Origin: Thecamonas trahens ATCC 50062
Taxonomy: Eukaryota; Protista; Apusomonadida
Length of the DNA: 64,000 nucleotides
NCBI RefSeq assembly: GCF_000142905.1
Contig: NW_013657605.1
Coordinates: forward strand, 1 to 64,000
Reading direction: 5' to 3'
The notes under the pieces are model-generated. The model saw nothing but the letters and a program-made list of their open reading frames with translations, searched no databases and was not told the DNA's origin. This document shows positions 1 to 9,603 of this stretch, piece after piece. The first letter of the stretch is position 1. The number at the start of each line of letters is the position of its first letter. The position numbers and the translations under genes are program-made.

Positions 1-427
1 ATCATGATCAAAGGGGTTGTGATCAGGTTGTGATCAGGTTGTGATCACTGTTGGGATCGTGGGGGGAAGGGGGGGGGGGGTATGGCTGGGGTCTTGGCTA
101 GGATCATAGGCATGCTCGCTCAGTCCTCCCCTGTCCACCGTCACCCACAGAGAGTGATGGGCTCGAGGGATGGTGTTGGTGATGGTGATCGGGGTAGATA
201 GCAAAGGCAGAGGGGGAGGGGGCTGGCTGGTGACGTTTGGTGGAGGCCAGGGACCAATTCGGCACGCGCGGGTGACTGTGGTCTGGAGGGGGGCGAAGGG
301 GAAGGGGAAGGGGGAGAAGTGGAGGGAGTAGGAGCACCTCTCTCGTGGCGTTGCGGCGACGAATACAAGGCAGGCAAAGGCGGAGCAGCAGCAGACTTGA
401 CGTGAGGAGAGACGAAGCAAGCAGGTG

Positions 428-3070
428 ATGGCGGTGAACCCGACGATGCACACGCAGCGGTTCACGTCGTCGACGTCCAAGACCAAGCACACGTACGTGC
501 GTGTGGTGCCCAAGCCGGTGCTTGTCACACTCTCGTTTGCCGAGCCTGGGGAGGATACGTGGGTGGAGCATTGCACGGGCTCGGCGTCGGCCAAGTACGT
601 GCCGGGGCTCCGCATGTATGGCGTGTGCATGAAGCCGGTGGACGCTGAGCTGGCGCCGGTTCGCCTCGCCGTCTCGCCACATGTGGTGTTCTCCGTCGCC
701 GAGGGCAGCCACGACTTGCAGTGGCTGGACGTGGCGTCGTCGCGCAAGATGAAGCTCTCCTTCCCCAACAAGGCTGCGCTCGAGCACGTGCACTCGATTG
801 TGAAGCGGGCGCAGAACGTGGGCCAGCGGCTCGACGATCCGTCGGCGATGGCTATGTGGTACTCCTGCTTTGGTACCGACTCGTCGGTCACCTGGCCGCG
901 GTTCTTCAAGCTCTACTCGTCGTCGGTCCCGCCCGAGAGCGTGCCGACCCACTCGGGCTTTGAGGACCAGCTCAAGGCCTTTCTCATCAACGACAAGGGC
1001 TCGGTGACGCTTGACACCTTTGCCGGCTTTCTGCTCTGGTTTGGCCCGTACGAGGCCTCTTTGGGCCGTTGGGCGGCCATCACGTCGATGCCGGCGTTCA
1101 ACGGGGGCATTTCACGTGAGCAAGCCGAGGAGCTGTTGCGCGGCAAGCCGCCGCTCGCATACCTCATCCGACTCTCGGACCCGGGCTTTTTCTCGGTCTC
1201 GTACAACTACCAGGCACCCGAGACCGGGACCGTCGAGCCGCAGCACTTTCGCATCGAGAATGTGGGTGAGGAGGGCTTCACCATCGAGACCGTGGAGGAG
1301 GAGCTGGTGACGCAAGTCTCGATTGCGGCAGTTGTCCAGTCGCAGAGCCACATCCTGGGCGAGCCGGTCTCGCAAATGCCGTTTTCCATGCCGTCGGAGG
1401 ACGACTCGCTTGACTCGGCCTCATCAGACGTGCTTGGCTCGTCGCGGAGTTCGGCGAGCCGGCCAGCGTCGGGCGCAGGAGCCGGTGGAAGCGCTGGCGG
1501 AGCCGGCGACGACCGCGGCGACGATGGGCGCGCAGGCAAGGGCAAGGAGGTGAGTGAGGGCGAGGAGGCGCGTGAGCCGGTTGTTTTCACCTCGGTCGAG
1601 TTTGGCGAGGACGGCTGGGTCGACAAAATGGGCGTTATGGTCGGAGCGACCGACTCGGAGGAGGTCCGGATCCACGCCGGCAACCTGATGGTGTCGTGGG
1701 TGGAGGATCCGGGCAACAAGGCGGCTTTTGTGACCGGCGGCGGGTTGGCGCTGCTGCGGCAGCTTGCCGAGACGGCGCAGGGCAATGTGGAGATCGAGCG
1801 GCTGGCGGTGCGGGCGCTGTGCGCGCTGGCCGGCGAGAACGCCAACAAGGTGGCGATTGTGGAGCAGATGCTGCCGACGCTCTACCAGCACGCTGTCTCA
1901 CCCGACGAGCAGGTCCAGCAGTACTCGGCGTTCATTTTTGCCAACCTTGTGCTCAACGACCCGCAGATCCAGCAGGTGCTCGTGGAGCAGGGCTGCTTGC
2001 CTGCGCTGGCGGCACTGACGGCGTCGGACTCGAGCTATGTGCAGGCTAACGTGGCGTGGGTGTTCGGCAACCTGGCACAGCACGAGGCGAACAAGAAGAT
2101 CATCCTGCTCGGCGGACTGCAGGCCCTGTTCAAGCTCGCGCAGTCGGACAATGCCAAGGTCAAAAAGTACGCCTTTGACGCGCTCGGTTGCCTCGGGATC
2201 GTCGACGGCGACGACGTCGGCAAGCTCATTGCGCAGGTCAAGCAGTCGCTAGACCCCAAGCCGGTGTGGGAGATCAACTACTCGGACATCAAGGACATGG
2301 TGCTCGTCGACTCGGGCGGATACGGCAACGTCTACCTCGGCAAGTACCTGCACATGAAGGTGGCGGTGAAGCGGCTCAAAAAGTCGCAGCTCCGCGACCT
2401 CGAGGCGTTCAAGCTCGAGATCTCTATGATGTCCAAGCTCCGCCACCCCAACATTGTGCTGTTCCTTGGCGCCACCACCTCGCCCCTCACCATTGTCACC
2501 GAGTACATGGCGCGGAAGAGCATGTTCGATGTCATCCACGATCCGCACTGCTCGCTCGAGCCGCGGCGGGTCCTGCGGATGATCAAGGACTCTGCGCTAG
2601 GCATGAACTACCTGCACTCGCTCAACATCATTCACCGCGACTTCAAGTCGCTCAACCTCCTTGTCGACGAAGGCTACAACGTCAAGATCACCGACTTTGG
2701 CCTCTCGCGGGTTCTCTCCAAGGACTCGACCGCCACCCCGCACGGGACCTACGCCTGGCGCCCGCCGGAGATGTTCCGCTCGGAAAAGTACGACCACAAG
2801 GTCGACGTCTATTCGTTTGGCATTGTCCTCTGGGAGCTCATCACCCGCCGCATTCCCTTTGACTCGATGAGCTACGAAGCCATCAAGCGGGCGGTGCTCG
2901 AGGGCGTGCGGCCCGAGGTGCCGTCGACCAACGACCCCATCATCCACGAGATCATCGAGCTGATGAAGGCGTGCTGGCAAGCCGACCCGGTCATCCGCCC
3001 GGGCTTTGATGTCATCTGCGAAGGCCTGAACGAGCTCTCCAAGCTTGTCCGTGCCGCCCGTCGCGGGTGA
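428..3070 (+). CDS. Multidomain TKL protein kinase: Cbl/SHK-like EF-hand+SH2 module, armadillo repeats, C-terminal TKL kinase
   Basis: Uninterrupted ~880-aa ORF, first ATG at 428. SH2 core YLIRLSDPGFFSVSY is preceded by WYSCFG..VTWPRF...FAGFLLWFGP. ARM repeats (GGLALLRQLA, GCLPALAAL, GGLQALFKLAQS). Kinase motifs DSGGYGNVY, VAVK, HRDFKSLN, DFG, GTYAWRPPE, DVYSFGIVLWE. Confidence 0.9.
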   Translation: MAVNPTMHTQRFTSSTSKTKHTYVRVVPKPVLVTLSFAEPGEDTWVEHCTGSASAKYVPGLRMYGVCMKPVDAELAPVRLAVSPHVVFSVAEGSHDLQWLDVASSRKMKLSFPNKAALEHVHSIVKRAQNVGQRLDDPSAMAMWYSCFGTDSSVTWPRFFKLYSSSVPPESVPTHSGFEDQLKAFLINDKGSVTLDTFAGFLLWFGPYEASLGRWAAITSMPAFNGGISREQAEELLRGKPPLAYLIRLSDPGFFSVSYNYQAPETGTVEPQHFRIENVGEEGFTIETVEEELVTQVSIAAVVQSQSHILGEPVSQMPFSMPSEDDSLDSASSDVLGSSRSSASRPASGAGAGGSAGGAGDDRGDDGRAGKGKEVSEGEEAREPVVFTSVEFGEDGWVDKMGVMVGATDSEEVRIHAGNLMVSWVEDPGNKAAFVTGGGLALLRQLAETAQGNVEIERLAVRALCALAGENANKVAIVEQMLPTLYQHAVSPDEQVQQYSAFIFANLVLNDPQIQQVLVEQGCLPALAALTASDSSYVQANVAWVFGNLAQHEANKKIILLGGLQALFKLAQSDNAKVKKYAFDALGCLGIVDGDDVGKLIAQVKQSLDPKPVWEINYSDIKDMVLVDSGGYGNVYLGKYLHMKVAVKRLKKSQLRDLEAFKLEISMMSKLRHPNIVLFLGATTSPLTIVTEYMARKSMFDVIHDPHCSLEPRRVLRMIKDSALGMNYLHSLNIIHRDFKSLNLLVDEGYNVKITDFGLSRVLSKDSTATPHGTYAWRPPEMFRSEKYDHKVDVYSFGIVLWELITRRIPFDSMSYEAIKRAVLEGVRPEVPSTNDPIIHEIIELMKACWQADPVIRPGFDVICEGLNELSKLVRAARRG

Positions 3071-4166
3071 GCTTGTTCGCCTCGAGCCGCCTCGAGCTGA
3101 CTCTGAATGAACTGTCTGCCGAGAGCCAGGGGGGGGGGAGGTAGACTCGTCCCGTTTGCAGCAGCAGCACAGGCCGCAATGGATAGTCTGGAGACAGTAC
3201 GTAGTGTGGGTAGGAGAGAGAGAGAGAGTGTGTGTGTGGGGTGTGGGGAGGAGGAGGTGGTGGTAGGGGAGGTAGAGAGGGAGAGGGAGCAGGCGAGGGA
3301 GGGGAAGGGAGGTGACGGATATCAGAGGGGAAGGGGAGGGGGCTGGGCAAGGGCAGGCGCTGGAGAGCAGGCGGTGCCTCCTCCCCCCCCCNNNNNNNNN
3401 NNNNNNNNNNNNNNNNNNNNNNNNNNNNNNNNNNNNNNNNNNNNNNNNNNNNNNNNNNNNNNNNNNNNNNNNNNNNNNNNNNNNNNNNNNNNNNNNNNNN
3501 NNNNNNNNNNNNNNNNNNNNNNNNNNNNNNNNNNNNNNNNNNNNNNNNNNNNNNNNNNNNNNNNNNNNNNNNNNNNNNNNNNNNNNNNNNNNNNNNNNNN
3601 NNNNNNNNNNNNNNNNNNNNNNNNNNNNNNNNNNNNNNNNNNNNNNNNNNNNNNNNNNNNNNNNNNNNNNNNNNNNNNNNNNNNNNNNNNNNNNNNNNNN
3701 NNNNNNNNNNNNNNNNNNNNNNNNNNNNNNNNNNNNNNNNNNNNNNNNNNNNNNNNNNNNNNNNNNNNNNNNNNNNNNNNNNNNNNNNNNNNNNNNNNNN
3801 NNNNNNNNNNNNNNNNNNNNNNNNNNNNNNNNNNNNNNNNNNNNNNNNNNNNNNNNNNNNNNNNNNNNNNNNNNNNNNNNNNNNNNNNNNNNNNNNNNNN
3901 NNNNNNNNNNNNNNNNNNNNNNNNNNNNNNNNNNNNNNNNNNNNNNNNNNNNNNNNNNNNNNNNNNNNNNNNNNNNNNNNNNNNNNNNNNNNNNNNNNNN
4001 NNNNNNNNNNNNNNNNNNNNNNNNNNNNNNNNNNNNNNNNNNNNNNNNNNNNNNNNNNNNNNNNNNNNNNNNNTGCCGCCACGGACCGGTCGTCGCGGCG
4101 GCGGCGGCGGCCCACCGCGGCCGTATTTGAGAAGATAGTGTGAATGAAGGCACCCAGCGCTTTTCT

Positions 4167-6209
4167 TTACGATGGCACTGTGAGATAATATGCGCCTGCC
4201 GAGGTTGTTGGTGAGTCTGCGAGGGAGTCGCTCCCTACCGCCGAGGAGTAAAGCGCCACGATTCTGGCAATTGTGTCGCACGCATCGTCGTAGTCACGGC
4301 TGATGGCGTACCCGTGGCAAGCCATCTCGAGCAAGGCCCGTGTCGGAGAGTGGAGCTTGGCCAACGTGGTCAAATCCGATGATGCGGATTTCGGCACGAG
4401 TTTGGCCCCGAGCAAGAGCGAGACAAAGTGATGGCTGGGGAGCTCACTGAGCGGAAGTTCACAAGCGGGGTTGACTCGCAAGGTAGGTAGCGCCTGGTAG
4501 CTCGCGTATGCAGTGCGCGGCGGATCAAGCGCAAGTAGATCCTCGAGAACGGTAGCTTTGTCTCCACAAGCCGGTTTGTCATCGAGCGCCGCCGCCACGG
4601 TGGTCCAGGCAATCGGGCGGCACGCAGCGTTGGCGTAACAAGCGTAATAGTGCGCGCGCAGCTCCTCCAACGACACCGCCCGGTCGCGGTACGGTTCCTG
4701 GGCAACGATGCAGTGGATGACAACGCTGGTATCACGTGAGGAGTCCTTGACACGTGTTGGACGAAAGGGAAAGTTTTGGACGCCGCGATCGGCAGCGCGT
4801 GCAGAGGTAGGCAGCGCCGCGCCGGATGTCGAGCTGCTGCGGAGCGACGGGAGCGGCGCAAGTCCAAAGAGCTTGGCCGGATCGAGGTCCAAATCTGGGA
4901 AGCGAAGTCCAAGCTCGACGCCAATGACTCCATCCTTAAGACGGACGGCATGTATCGAGTTGGGCGTGATGGGCGTGTCCCCAGTGATGATAGACCACGC
5001 GTCGCGGTCGTCGATAGGCGTTCCGTTGATGCGGACCAAGTCACGAGCCTGCTCGACAAGATAGTATATGGCGTGGGCCTCGACAAACGCTGGGTCAAGG
5101 TCAATGTGCTGGAGCAAGTGGCACGAGTCAGCAATGGCAAAGATGCCGTCTGTCGGCACATGGCACCGCGAGAGAGTGATTGAGGTGAGGGCCGGGAGCC
5201 TCACCACGAGTGAGCTGAACAGCGCTGGATTAAGCGAGCAGAACTGAACGTTGAGCAGGCGGAGTTTGGGATTAGCATCGGCGATATGAGTGAAGCCAAC
5301 ATCGGTCACGCTTGTAAACGAGAGCGCGAGGCTGGTGAGCGAGCTGCAAGTTGCAGCGAGGTGTTGCGCGAACTGGTCGCCAACTGAGAGGTTATCGGCG
5401 ACCAACTTGTTGATGTTTGGATTCTGCGCGAGCACGTCTGCAATGGCCGTCCCCGAAAAGCTGCTGCAGCGGCGAACAGAAAGCGTCTTCAGTGCGGTGA
5501 CGTGGGTGAGGGCTTGAGTGATCCGCCTGCTGTTGAAGCCGCGGCTCTCGTCGAGACACAGCTCGGTGAGCGAGGGCGAGAGCATTTGATCAGGACTAAA
5601 GTCAGGCAGAGCGGCATGCCAGCTCAGCCCCGTGCTGGTGCAGGCACGCATGATCAGCGACGAGAGGTTGGTCAGATGGGCGAGCGGAAGGTAGCCGAAC
5701 AGCAGCGAGGTGCGCGAGAGATCAAGAGCGGTGAGCGAAGTCGGCAGGCTTCGCAGCAGCGACAGCGTCTCGTTGCCCATGTTAAGCTTGGAAATCGACG
5801 AGATGTTGAGCGAGGTGAGGCTGGGAAAGTGCGACGACGGCGGAGCGAGGAGGGCGAGCGAGGACGGACCGAGAGCGGTGCAGCCCTCGAGGACGAGGCT
5901 GGTCGTCCGCGGCATGAGCGAAGCGAGCTTGGCCAGCATGTGGCCATCAAAGGCGACACAGAACGAAAAGTCGACAGTGGTGACGGCCGACAGGTACGGG
6001 GCCTCGGCAAAGGTGCTCAGCCAGGCGTGATCGACGGCCGGGAAGGGGATGAGCATGTCGGCGACGGCGACGGTCTTCCACAGGTACGGGTCCGACACGG
6101 CGGCGTGCCAAGTCTTGCACACGCTGCGGGCGCGGATGCGGGTGAGGGTAGAGCAGTGCGAGAAGATGAGCAGCAGAATCTCGCGCGGAAGGTGCTGTGC
6201 GCTCGCCAT
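4167..6209 (-). CDS. F-box/LRR-repeat protein (FBXL-like) with a C-terminal GLEBS-like motif
   Basis: ATG at 6209 begins MASAQHLPREILLLIFSHC...RARSVCKTWHAAVSDPYLW (F-box). Cysteine-containing LRRs follow (LTSLNISS, LTALDLSRT, LTSLALSFTSVTDVGF, LQHIDLD). Confidence 0.9.
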   Translation of the reverse strand: MASAQHLPREILLLIFSHCSTLTRIRARSVCKTWHAAVSDPYLWKTVAVADMLIPFPAVDHAWLSTFAEAPYLSAVTTVDFSFCVAFDGHMLAKLASLMPRTTSLVLEGCTALGPSSLALLAPPSSHFPSLTSLNISSISKLNMGNETLSLLRSLPTSLTALDLSRTSLLFGYLPLAHLTNLSSLIMRACTSTGLSWHAALPDFSPDQMLSPSLTELCLDESRGFNSRRITQALTHVTALKTLSVRRCSSFSGTAIADVLAQNPNINKLVADNLSVGDQFAQHLAATCSSLTSLALSFTSVTDVGFTHIADANPKLRLLNVQFCSLNPALFSSLVVRLPALTSITLSRCHVPTDGIFAIADSCHLLQHIDLDPAFVEAHAIYYLVEQARDLVRINGTPIDDRDAWSIITGDTPITPNSIHAVRLKDGVIGVELGLRFPDLDLDPAKLFGLAPLPSLRSSSTSGAALPTSARAADRGVQNFPFRPTRVKDSSRDTSVVIHCIVAQEPYRDRAVSLEELRAHYYACYANAACRPIAWTTVAAALDDKPACGDKATVLEDLLALDPPRTAYASYQALPTLRVNPACELPLSELPSHHFVSLLLGAKLVPKSASSDLTTLAKLHSPTRALLEMACHGYAISRDYDDACDTIARIVALYSSAVGSDSLADSPTTSAGAYYLTVPS

Positions 6210-6422
6210 AGGCGCGGTGGGTGGTAGGTGTGGGCGTGTGGTGTGAGGTGGGTGCGGCGGTGGTTCGGCCAGGCTCTCTCGCACGGGCAGTGGCACAAGC
6301 GGGCAGGGGCAGGTGTGAGGGACGCGAGGCGTAGGGCGGTACACTCCACTTGCGGCGACAGGAGTGCAGCGGCGGCAGGTGCGGAGACACGCGACAGACG
6401 GAAGGCGTTCCGGACAGACAAG

Positions 6423-7508
6423 ATGGTGGAGAAGCATGTTATTGCGTTCATTGTCGCCGGAGTGTGCACGGTGGTGGCGACGGTGCTCTCGGCCGGGCAC
6501 ATCTTCCTGCACCTCACCAACTTTAACCAGCCCGAGACGCAGCGGTACATCATGCGCATCCTGCTGCTAGTGCCGATCTACGCCATTGATTCGTGGCTCT
6601 CGCTCTACTTTCACCACTGGTCGCTGTACCTCGACACGGTGCGCGACGTGTACGAGGCGTATGTCATCTACAACTTCTTCTCGCTCCTCATCACCTACCT
6701 TGGCGGCGTGAGCTCGGCGTCCGCGGTCCTGGCCCGCAAGCCGCCACTCAAGCATCCGCTCCCGCTGCGGTGGATTCTTCAGCCAATGGATGTGGCCAGC
6801 CCAGGCTTTCTGCACAAGTGCAAGCTTGGTGCGCTGCAGTTTGTGCTCATCAAGCCGGCCATGGCTGTTGTCGCCGTCGTCTGCGAAGCGACGGGCAACT
6901 ACCACGAGGGCGAGATCCTCGACTACAAGGCGGGATATCTATATGTCACGTTCATCAACAACGTGGCGGTGACAACAGCCATGTACGCACTCGTTGTCTT
7001 CTATCTCTCGACCAAGGCCGAGCTTGCGCCGCAGCAACCGATGCTCAAGTTCCTCTGCATCAAGGCTGTCGTCTTCTTTGCCTTTTGGCAGTCGATCGTC
7101 ATTGCACTCCTCGTCAAAATCGACGTCATCCACGACGCTGGCTCATGGACATCCGAAGACGTCGCCACTGGCTTGCAGGACTTTCTCATCTGCGTCGAAA
7201 TGCTCGTTGCCGCCATCTTCCATCGCTTTGCCTTTACCCATGCCCCGTATGTTATCGTCTCGGGCGCCGCCACCCACAAGACCCCGCTCTTGGCCTCGGC
7301 GCGGTCGGCCATGTCTGTCGCTGACGTCCTCACTGACACGCATCAGACCATTGTCTCGCCGCTCACCGCCGCCTCGGTCTCGGCCATCAACAAGATCCCA
7401 ATCCCCGGCCGGCGCCGGCGTGGCGCCGACGGTCTGGGCGATCAGGACGATGGTGGGGATGTAGGCAGTGGGTATGTTAACGACGAAGAGGGAAGCATAA
7501 ACGCGTAG
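6423..7508 (+). CDS. TMEM184 / organic solute transporter alpha family membrane protein
   Basis: QRYIMRILLLVPIYAIDSWLSL, DTVRDVYEAYVIYNFFSLL, KFLCIKAVVFFAFWQ and LQDFLICVEM are hallmark TMEM184/OSTalpha motifs. First ATG at 6423. Confidence 0.93.
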   Translation: MVEKHVIAFIVAGVCTVVATVLSAGHIFLHLTNFNQPETQRYIMRILLLVPIYAIDSWLSLYFHHWSLYLDTVRDVYEAYVIYNFFSLLITYLGGVSSASAVLARKPPLKHPLPLRWILQPMDVASPGFLHKCKLGALQFVLIKPAMAVVAVVCEATGNYHEGEILDYKAGYLYVTFINNVAVTTAMYALVVFYLSTKAELAPQQPMLKFLCIKAVVFFAFWQSIVIALLVKIDVIHDAGSWTSEDVATGLQDFLICVEMLVAAIFHRFAFTHAPYVIVSGAATHKTPLLASARSAMSVADVLTDTHQTIVSPLTAASVSAINKIPIPGRRRRGADGLGDQDDGGDVGSGYVNDEEGSINA

Positions 7509-8363
7509 TTTGGCTCGCCCTCCAAGGCCGCATTGTCTCGGCTCTGTAGTCGGGACGCTTGCTCTCTGCCGCTGTCAAAGCCGCTTGTAGACCACGATCT
7601 GGTAAGTGTGAAGAGTTTTAGTTGAGAGAGTGCAAGTTGACAGGCCACTCGAAGAGGAGCATTTGTCGTTTTTGTGCTTGCGGCGGCGATGCTCGAGAGG
7701 AGAAGCCGGCGTTGCGCCGTGTGTCACAGCGAGTCGACTACGACGGCAATCGAGTTGCTGTCGTTGGCATCATCGTAGTTAAATGTACTGACCGAGGTTG
7801 CCATCCGGGGCCCCGGGGGGGGGGGGGGGGCTTTTCTCAAGATCTTTACCTATTTGGAGCCAATCAGACATATCAACAGGTATTCTATGTAGTGCACCAG
7901 ACAAGGACGATATCCTCTAAGCTGTACCCTTGCGCACCAAGGCCGTGGCCGCTGTCAAAGGCGACACCCCCTCCAAAACACGTGCAAATCAACAATAAAA
8001 TCTCATCTATAATACTATATAAATATAGTTCTACAAATACATTAAATTATATATCACACACAGTCATTCAAATAAACTGTAAAAATTGCAGTCAAGATTT
8101 ATTCAAACTATTATATTTGGTATTATGGGTGTGATTTGTTGCTTGTTTTTACTTTTCCTTGCTCCGCCTCGACAAGACCGCTCGCTCGCCGTCTGCTCCT
8201 TCCCTACACTCTACGCACATCTGCTGCAACCCAAACACCAGCCTGGAACTACTAGGCGCAAACACTAAGCTATCTGTACATGTGTTTAAAGTCTCTCTAG
8301 CCCTCCAGATGCTCCACAGCGCGAGAATGATCGAAAAAACACATCCAAAACCCCTCGCCTCAC

Positions 8364-8798
8364 TCAGGCAGCAGCCTGGCGGTCTTCCAGCAGCTGCCGG
8401 AGAGCCGGATCGGCATCGGCATGGAGCTTCATCAGCGGTGTCGAGTCATCGTGGCTCGTGCGGGCCCGCACGTTGGCGCCGGCGGCCACAAGATAGCGCA
8501 CAACGTCGGGCCTGTTCTTGAAGCACGCGCGGTGCAGCGGCGTCGCCCCAAAAGACGACGTGCACTCGAGCGATGCGCCGTGCACTTCGACCAGCGCCTG
8601 CACCGTGGCCAGATTCCCAGCTGCCGCCGCCTCGGACAGCAGCGTGTCGGCCCACTCGGTCACCGGCACCTCGATGCCCCACCCGGTCTCGGCCAGTACC
8701 TCGGCCAGCACCTCGGCCGAGCCTGTCCGCGCCACCTCGGCCACCCTCAGCTTGTCGCCACTCTCTGTACCAGCACCACCAGCACTGCCGTCGCTCAT
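8364..8798 (-). CDS. Ankyrin-repeat protein (5' end may lie in the gap)
   Basis: TLLSEAAAAGNLATVQALVEVHGA, GATPLHRACFKNRPDVVRYLVAAGANV and STPL are ankyrin consensus segments. ATG at 8798 is tentative. Confidence 0.8.
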   Translation of the reverse strand: MSDGSAGGAGTESGDKLRVAEVARTGSAEVLAEVLAETGWGIEVPVTEWADTLLSEAAAAGNLATVQALVEVHGASLECTSSFGATPLHRACFKNRPDVVRYLVAAGANVRARTSHDDSTPLMKLHADADPALRQLLEDRQAAA

Positions 8799-9603
8799 CC
8801 GCAGTCCTTCTCCCGACCACTCGGCAAAGTCAGGTGCTCCTCCTCCTCGTCCCAATCACCAGGCGGTGCGGTGGGTTGGGCGGGGGTTGCACCTGNNNNN
8901 NNNNNNNNNNNNNNNNNNNNNNNNNNNNNNNNNNNNNNNNNNNNNNNNNNNNNNNNNNNNNNNNNNNNNNNNNNNNNNNNNNNNNNNNNNNNNNNNNNNN
9001 NNNNNNNNNNNNNNNNNNNNNNNNNNNNNNNNNNNNNNNNNNNNNNNNNNNNNNNNNNNNNNNNNNNNNNNNNNNNNNNNNNNNNNNNNNNNNNNNNNNN
9101 NNNNNNNNNNNNNNNNNNNNNNNNNNNNNNNNNNNNNNNNNNNNNNNNNNNNNNNNNNNNNNNNNNNNNNNNNNNNNNNNNNNNNNNNNNNNNNNNNNNN
9201 NNNNNNNNNNNNNNNNNNNNNNNNNNNNNNNNNNNNNNNNNNNNNNNNNNNNNNNNNNNNNNNNNNNNNNNNNNNNNNNNNNNNNNNNNNNNNNNNNNNN
9301 NNNNNNNNNNNNNNNNNNNNNNNNNNNNNNNNNNNNNNNNNNNNNNNNNNNNNNNNNNNNNNNNNNNNNNNNNNNNNNNNNNNNNNNNNNNNNNNNNNNN
9401 NNNNNNNNNNNNNNNNNNNNNNNNNNNNNNNNNNNNNNNNNNNNNNNNNNNNNNNNNNNNNNNNNNNNNNNNNNNNNNNNNNNNNNNNNNNNNNNNNNNN
9501 NNNNNNNNNNNNNNNNNNNNNNNNNNNNNNNNNNNNNNNNNNNNNNNNNNNNNNNNNNNNNNNNNNNNNNNNNNNNNNNNNNNNNNNNNNNNNNNNNNNN
9601 NGC

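Noticed and set aside
15-47. (GGTTGTGATCA)x3 as telomere-like repeat
   Set aside because: Only three copies, internal, and followed by ordinary upstream sequence.
8518-9601. 1713-aa ORF and other ORFs spanning N-gaps
   Set aside because: Reading frames are joined artificially through Ns; only the post-gap CAND1 part is supported.
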